Below, one piece after another: positions 57,922-64,000 of a DNA stretch of 64,000 nucleotides. The stretch comes from an uncultured virus (IMG/VR IMGVR_UViG_3300030102_002633). Taxonomy: Duplodnaviria > Heunggongvirae > Uroviricota > Caudoviricetes. The DNA lies in the IMG/VR virus record IMGVR_UViG_3300030102_002633. One strand, written 5' to 3'. A model generated the notes under the pieces. The model was given only the letters and a program-made list of their open reading frames with translations, did not search any database and had not been told where the DNA came from. How positions within the stretch are numbered: position 1 is the first letter of the stretch; each line of letters opens with the position of its first letter. A program made the translations under genes and the position numbers.

Positions 57922-59730
57922 ATGACATGGACTAGTATTCTCAAGAGAAGCGAAATCCATGCTGATGTTATGTGGGCTTACAATCAAGCACAAAAAAAAG
58001 ACTCGACAAAGTTTCCTATTACAGATTTGCGTGAGGCGCATCGTGCATTAGATGATGCCGCAGAAAAAGATGCAGAGGAAAGGGATAAGTCAGAGGCTAA
58101 GGTTACAAATATTCTGAGTAGAGGTTTCTTTTCTAACTCACGCGATAAGTTAACCCCTGTTGAGTTTGAGAAGGATAAAAGAAAGTTCATCAATAGAATA
58201 AATGGTTTGGAAAGATTGCTAAACAAAAGAAGTAAAGAATCCATGAAACTTCCCGAAGGGCAGACATTGAACATAAGAGATTTAGATGCTCTAAGAGAAG
58301 AAAACTCTCTGTTGGAATTATTATTTGAAGGAGAGAAAAAAGTTCTAGTTAAACTAAAAATAGGTTTAGGTGAAAGAAAAGATGCTGCGATTGATTTCGC
58401 AGAAAAACTCTCTGATGCAATGAAATCATGGGATAGGTATGGAGATAATACTCGTAGTAGAAATCTTGTTGACGACCTAAGACCACGACTAGCATCAGGA
58501 GCAAAGAACCTACAAGCATATTTGTTAGAAGGAAAAGGTAGAATTAGAACTGAGGTTTCTTCCTTATTCCATGAAAAGAATGCCGAGTTTGATGACGAAA
58601 GTAAAACTTGGAGTCCTCTTGTAATATACCCAAAAGGAAACACTTCCTTAGAATTACTTGAACAAATATACTCTTATCTTAGAATACCAATAAAAATATC
58701 AGGAGAAGATGAAGCCGGAGAAAAGGCAATACGAAGTTATTTTTCATTAGATGTAGATGAGTTTGTAGAAGAAATTCACGACATGATAGGTAGTGATGAC
58801 CCAAAGATTCATGCTAAACTGTTTTTCAATAAGGATGATGTCTTGAGGAAGATATACAGAATAGTTCCTGAAATCATACAGATTGCAGAAGAAAAAATGG
58901 ATGACAAAGAAAAAGCAGAGTTGTTGACTAAACACTTTGACGTGTTAGAATATTTGATTAGGATTAATTCTTTGACTGGTGATTACAGTAGACTCAAAGA
59001 AAACAGGTTGGACAAAGTAAAACGATTTGCTCATATGCGAAAGGGCAAGAGAAATCTAAGTATGAACAGAAACTTCCCAATGTTAGAAGATGCCTATGAG
59101 GAATATGAGGCAAACCCAAGTGAATATCATACAAGTGGCAGAAAGAAACAACGCACATCTCCTAAACTTGAGAATAAAAGAATGGTTTTGAGAAACCCAT
59201 CTCTACCATCACAGTATCAAGGGCCACGAACTAAGGAGGAAATAGAGAGAGATGTCAGTAACTTTACCACATTTTCAAGAAAAATACAGGAGATAAAACC
59301 TAAACTAACTTCAGGTGAATTAGAACGTAAGACTTTAGTTGGTATGAAAAGAACATTAGATTCATTCAAGGCAAAGATGGAGAAGCATGATTTACTTTTA
59401 GAAGACACAATTGATGTTATGGGTATAGAGGGCATTGAGAATGAAGATGACTTGGATGAAGCCATAAACAAATACAAGGAAATGCTACAACGAATAAAAT
59501 CGGAAAGAACAGATGATGGTAAAATCATCGGCGAAGATGGAGAAGAATATGACGCTGATGAATTGATTGAAGAATATGAAGATTATTTGGAATACCTAAA
59601 GGTTCTAAGTGCAATACCACGTTTGAAAGAAGTAATTCCTCGATTAGAAACTATTTTACAAAACGTAAAACTTGAGGAACAATCATTAGACGAACCCTCA
59701 TCTGATGATGCGGAGGTGGAGTCTGCATGA
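57922..59730 (+). CDS. Large W-tag hypothetical protein (MTWTSILK)
   Basis: 602 aa, charged and helical. Confidence 0.75.
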   Translation: MTWTSILKRSEIHADVMWAYNQAQKKDSTKFPITDLREAHRALDDAAEKDAEERDKSEAKVTNILSRGFFSNSRDKLTPVEFEKDKRKFINRINGLERLLNKRSKESMKLPEGQTLNIRDLDALREENSLLELLFEGEKKVLVKLKIGLGERKDAAIDFAEKLSDAMKSWDRYGDNTRSRNLVDDLRPRLASGAKNLQAYLLEGKGRIRTEVSSLFHEKNAEFDDESKTWSPLVIYPKGNTSLELLEQIYSYLRIPIKISGEDEAGEKAIRSYFSLDVDEFVEEIHDMIGSDDPKIHAKLFFNKDDVLRKIYRIVPEIIQIAEEKMDDKEKAELLTKHFDVLEYLIRINSLTGDYSRLKENRLDKVKRFAHMRKGKRNLSMNRNFPMLEDAYEEYEANPSEYHTSGRKKQRTSPKLENKRMVLRNPSLPSQYQGPRTKEEIERDVSNFTTFSRKIQEIKPKLTSGELERKTLVGMKRTLDSFKAKMEKHDLLLEDTIDVMGIEGIENEDDLDEAINKYKEMLQRIKSERTDDGKIIGEDGEEYDADELIEEYEDYLEYLKVLSAIPRLKEVIPRLETILQNVKLEEQSLDEPSSDDAEVESA

Positions 59731-60409
59731 GTTGGCGAGAGGTACTAAAAGAAGAAAGTGCTAGGGATTATGTTCTAAATAGGGCTAGTTCAGGAAAATC
59801 AATGGGTGATGCTCTTAGAGAGTTTGCACAGAAATTTCCTGATAAAACCCCACCACCGGAGATAGTAGAGCAAAGTGTCAAGAATATGGAAAAGATAGAA
59901 CAAATCCTTCAAAATTTAGATGCTCAAAGAAAAAGAATGGAAGAAGCAAAAATTCGACATGAACAAAGAGGAAAAGAGTTGGCGGCTAGAGCAAATATGA
60001 GTGAAGATGAAAGATTCAAGAATTTGTTTGGTAGAACCAAGTCTGAGTTAATGGGGGGAAGTCAATGAGTTGGCAAGATGTGCTAAAAGATGAAGGATTC
60101 TACTTCTCTCCCGTCTTCATTGAGAAACTTGATGGTAAGCAGAAAAAGAAGTTGAAGAAACTTATACAGAAGGCTCAACCAACAAACATGATGGGTCAGG
60201 ATATGACTCAACTTTCAGATATAATCGAAGAACTGAAAGACATAGATTTAGTAAAGTCTGATAAAAAACTAAGTAAAACCGTAGAAGGTTTTGATGAGAA
60301 AAACTTGGAGATTCTCGCCTCTGCCTCTGAGTTGAGAAAAGACTACGAAACACTATTCACACAACTAAGAAAAATGGTTTATCCACCATCAAAGAAAGGT
60401 AAGCAGTGA
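59727..60409 (+). CDS. Two W-tag proteins (59727-60068 MSWREVLK; 60065-60409 MSWQDVLK)
   Basis: ATGA-coupled. Confidence 0.7.
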
Positions 60410-60486
60410 TACAATGAATTGGAAAAATGAACTAAGAGTGCGGATTAAAGAAAGTTTATCTAAAATGTATGAGGAGGAAGCAAGCA

Positions 60487-60932
60487 ATGAGTGACGAGAT
60501 GTTGATGTTGATGAAAGAATTGGTGGACAAAGTAAAAGCCTTAGAGCAAGCAGTTTACCACAAGGACAACCTATTGATGAAATCAGGGTTTGTTGTTTAC
60601 GATTCACCTACACCTACAATGAACAGTAAAGATGTTGTAGGTAGTAGTACAATAAAGAAGAGTATGGATTGGGAAGACATACATGAATTGGTCAAACAAA
60701 TGGAGTGAATGATATGCCGGAGAGAGTAACAAAGGAAGAGAAAGTAGTGGAGTTGGCTATTGCCAAAGCAAAAGAAGTTCTACAAGAAGCAAAACATCTT
60801 GGACAGTTAGAGTTGGATGAGCCTCTTACTGGTGAAGAAGTCAAAGTAAAAAGACCAAAGAAGAATCCTTCGGAAGAACCTTTACCAAAAACAAGTAATG
60901 TTGAAGGAAAAGAAGATAAGTTAAATGACTGA
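60487..60932 (+). CDS. Two small hypothetical genes (60487-60708, 60705-60932)
   Basis: RBS and coupling; the first ends KSMDWEDIHELVK. Confidence 0.6.
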
Positions 60933-60959
60933 ATCCCTACGAAAGACGTGAGGGGTCAG

Positions 60960-63548
60960 ATGCCGCAAACAGGATTAGAGTTTGAAAAAGAAACAAGTGG
61001 CCTAACAAAACAGGTCTTAGATTTCTTTGAAAAGGTTCGTTACTCCTATCTTTCAGCAAGAGAAAATCCCGATGATTATGGGGATGCTTGGAAGAAAACA
61101 GTAAAGGATATCAGAGAACAATTAGATTCTCTTGATGATTTCAGCAATGAATTGAAAACTTATGTCAAAGAAGACGTGGCTCAATCTGATGAGGCATACA
61201 ACCCAAAATCAAGACAAGCAAAAGAATTGTATGAATCGGTAAAGGAACTCAGGTTCAAATCCGAAAAGGTCAGTGACCCGTTTTCAAAACAACTTGGTGA
61301 TAATGTAATACCTAAGTTGTTGAAGAATGAAGCACTGTTTGCTTATTTTATTCATTATGCTTTACGCTCTCATGCAAATGCTTTACCTGAAAAGGCATGG
61401 AAAGCGGTAGAACTCAAACCCGATAAGATAACTCAAAATGTAATGGGTTTGGATTTAGAACCAAAGGACATTCCATTATACATCATAGAACATTATGGTG
61501 GAGAAGAGGAAGACACAAGAAGAGTAGAAAGTAAGTTCAAGGGGGCTTACAAATTATTGGAAAAGGTGTATGCTTCTCAGTATGATGAGGATAAGTGGGA
61601 TAATCTCGTTGAGTTAGATATTGCAAAGAGTGAGCAAAAACAAGAAATTGATTTTATCGTTCCCAACAAACCAATGTATAGAATCTTTGAGATAGATGAT
61701 ATGAAAGAAATCAAAGGTCTTACTGGTGAATACATTGTTCAAGAAAAATATGATGGTATGAGAATACAACTTCACAAGTTCAATGGTAAAGTCAGAATAT
61801 ACTCTTTCAATGAAAAGGACATTACAGATAAGTGTCCAAAACAAGTAAAACACTTGGAAAAGAAAATGTTCAATGATTGTATATTAGATGGGGAACTCAT
61901 GTTGTTTGATGGTGATGAACCATTACATAGAGCAGATACAATAGCCCATGTTTTCAAGAATAAAAAAGGTGGTGAACTAAAAGCACACGTCTTTGATATT
62001 ATGGTTCATGAAGGAAAGAACATTGCTGATGAAACTCTACGAGAAAGAAATAATATTCTTTTGTATCAGTATGCTCAACATTCGTCTGAGGACTTAGCAT
62101 TCCCATCTAAGAAGGATACAAGAATCGCTGATTCCATAAAAGAAGTAGAATCCTATGCTAAAGAAATAATGCAGTTACCTGCATCAGAAGGTGTGGTAAT
62201 CAAAGATATAGAATCAACTTACTATATTGGGGTTAAGAAAAATCCTAAGTGGATTAAGTGGAAAAAGTTCGTGGACTTGGATGTTATAGTGTTGGATGAT
62301 AAGAAGACAAAGAGCAATCTACATTCCTACACAATGGGAGTTGGGCCAGTTAATGCTGAAACTGTTAGAAATTACAAGACTGTTGAGTTTGAGGAAAAGG
62401 ACTACTTAGAGGTGGGTAAGGCTCTCAACACAAAACAATCAGTAAAAATTGGTAGTATTGTTAGAGTAAAGGTTGATGAAGTTAAGAAAGGTAAAGATGG
62501 GTTCAAACTATTTTCTGCTAAAGTTATAGAGATACCCGAAGTAACTCAATCAGATACGGTTGAAACATTAGAGCAATTAGCAAGTAAAACAAAGAAATCT
62601 CTTAATGCAATTGGATATACATTTGGAGATAAGGTAGGTGGGTTGTTTGAAGTTACATCAGGATTACAGAACCCAAAACTGAAAAGGAAAGATGTCAAGA
62701 AAGGATATTACATTACAGACCACATACATGGAACTGCTGAGATTATTCTAAAAGAGGATATGAATGGTTTCACAATCTATGGTTTTGAAGGAGATTCTCT
62801 TATGCAGAAGAATGCTCTATACAACATAGATGTGTGGAAAGAACAAGTAGTTAGTATAATGAAAGGGAAACGTTCTACTTTTAGATTGGCTATTCGTAAT
62901 GAAATATTAGAGAGTGGTAGAGATAATCTAAGGTTTGAACAGATATTAGATTATGTTAAGGACAAACATCAAGGAACTTTTCAAGACTTATTCGACTCTG
63001 ATGAAGGAAGGTTAATGTCTTGGATGAAACAACAAGAAGATTTAGTTTATCTTCATCCTAACAAGTTTACTGCAAGAGAAGATATACTGGAAAAAGATGT
63101 TGAAGAATTACAAAAGGAAGAAACAGGCAAGTATACAATTAATCTTAGAGAAGATGGTAATGTAGATTTAATCATAGAATACAAAGACGAGCGTATGGGT
63201 TGGACTATTGATATCGAAGAGTCAGAAGACATATACGAATTATTTGGTAAGTCAGGTAAGTATCCGGCTATTGTAATGAAAAATGCAGGTGAGTCTAAGA
63301 AAGTCTTAGATAAAGGCAGTATAGAATTAGGTATTCAAAAAGATGGATATCACGAATATAAGTTAGATGGAGATAAGTTCCAAACGAGAATGCACTTTAG
63401 AGTAGTTCCGTTAGATGAACAAAAGAGTTGGATAGCATGGACAGGAAAGAAACAAGAAATGTTAGACGATAAAGAGAACCCAAATAAATGGAATCTGAAT
63501 GAAGATTCTTATGCTCAATTACCCTTCCCTTCGGATAAAAAAGAGTAA
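60960..63548 (+). CDS. Second ATP-dependent DNA ligase, multidomain, in the head module
   Basis: EKYDGMR, LDGEL, VFDIM, EGVVIK, WIKWKK; long N- and C-terminal extensions. Confidence 0.88.
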   Translation: MPQTGLEFEKETSGLTKQVLDFFEKVRYSYLSARENPDDYGDAWKKTVKDIREQLDSLDDFSNELKTYVKEDVAQSDEAYNPKSRQAKELYESVKELRFKSEKVSDPFSKQLGDNVIPKLLKNEALFAYFIHYALRSHANALPEKAWKAVELKPDKITQNVMGLDLEPKDIPLYIIEHYGGEEEDTRRVESKFKGAYKLLEKVYASQYDEDKWDNLVELDIAKSEQKQEIDFIVPNKPMYRIFEIDDMKEIKGLTGEYIVQEKYDGMRIQLHKFNGKVRIYSFNEKDITDKCPKQVKHLEKKMFNDCILDGELMLFDGDEPLHRADTIAHVFKNKKGGELKAHVFDIMVHEGKNIADETLRERNNILLYQYAQHSSEDLAFPSKKDTRIADSIKEVESYAKEIMQLPASEGVVIKDIESTYYIGVKKNPKWIKWKKFVDLDVIVLDDKKTKSNLHSYTMGVGPVNAETVRNYKTVEFEEKDYLEVGKALNTKQSVKIGSIVRVKVDEVKKGKDGFKLFSAKVIEIPEVTQSDTVETLEQLASKTKKSLNAIGYTFGDKVGGLFEVTSGLQNPKLKRKDVKKGYYITDHIHGTAEIILKEDMNGFTIYGFEGDSLMQKNALYNIDVWKEQVVSIMKGKRSTFRLAIRNEILESGRDNLRFEQILDYVKDKHQGTFQDLFDSDEGRLMSWMKQQEDLVYLHPNKFTAREDILEKDVEELQKEETGKYTINLREDGNVDLIIEYKDERMGWTIDIEESEDIYELFGKSGKYPAIVMKNAGESKKVLDKGSIELGIQKDGYHEYKLDGDKFQTRMHFRVVPLDEQKSWIAWTGKKQEMLDDKENPNKWNLNEDSYAQLPFPSDKKE

Positions 63549-63593
63549 TTATTACTATTACTTCATATAGTAAGAGTGTAAAACCTACCGATA

Positions 63594-64000
63594 ATGCTAA
63601 TGATGGATACTCCTCTGCTTAAGGCTGAGAGTAGTCATGAGTTTACTATTTTGAAGTCTGACAACCTAATCATTGGTGGTTATGCTTCAATCGAAATAGT
63701 AGACAAGCAGAATGATTTAATCACAATTGAAGCACTACAAGATGCAGTAAAGAAATACATGGCTGATGAGAAATACAGAAATGTAATGTCTAACCATTCT
63801 AATGTGCAAGTTGGAGAAGTTGTGGAACAATATAGAGATGCTAACGGAGTTTTGCACAAGACTGCCGTAGATGATGTAGGATTCTATGTTGTAATTAAAC
63901 TGCGAGATGATATTGAGAAAGCAAAAGAAATCTCAAGAGGAATTAGAAAGGGAACTCTACGTTCCTTTAGTATTGGAGGACAAGCCATTTCAAAGAAGCA
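63594..64000 (+). CDS. Prohead maturation protease (3' truncated; not in ORF track)
   Basis: IIGGYASIEIVDKQND, catalytic-type NH, GTLRSFSIGG (HK97/XkdF-like serine protease). Confidence 0.85.
   Translation, partial: MLMMDTPLLKAESSHEFTILKSDNLIIGGYASIEIVDKQNDLITIEALQDAVKKYMADEKYRNVMSNHSNVQVGEVVEQYRDANGVLHKTAVDDVGFYVVIKLRDDIEKAKEISRGIRKGTLRSFSIGGQAISKK

Noticed and set aside
1174..61957. Numerous antisense ORFs in the track (e.g. 1174-1563, 24339-24836, 41246-41734, 57984-58643)
   Set aside because: They are shadows of well-supported genes on the opposite strand, with no RBS or motifs

Overview
This 64 kb window is part of a large head-tailed archaeal virus genome, most consistent with a magrovirus (a virus of marine group II Euryarchaeota/Poseidoniales). 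That assignment is inferred from gene content. Layout: (1) 1-3.9 kb, + strand, the end of the tail module. (2) 4.4-35.4 kb, - strand, a near-complete archaeal-type replisome (MCM-like helicase, AEP primase, split PolB, PCNA, RFC small and degenerate large subunits, SSB, ligase, XPF and Cas4-like nucleases), class II RNR, a viral TFB, and a dispersed ubiquitin-like system (Ubl ending GG-SC, ThiF/E1, JAB protease). (3) 35.4-41.9 kb, the strand-switch region, with long structured non-coding DNA, an origin-like AT-rich repeat block, and small gene cassettes delimited by 8 copies of a tripartite dyad (ACAAAGT-N5-10-ACCATATGGT-N5-8-ACTTTGT). (4) 42-64 kb, + strand, the head module (terminase, portal, a second ligase, prohead protease), in which about 14 otherwise unrelated proteins share an N-terminal M-[ST]-W-x-x-[IV]-[LIV]-K tag, a candidate capsid-targeting or maturation signal. 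All annotations come from motif recognition by eye; no database searches were run.
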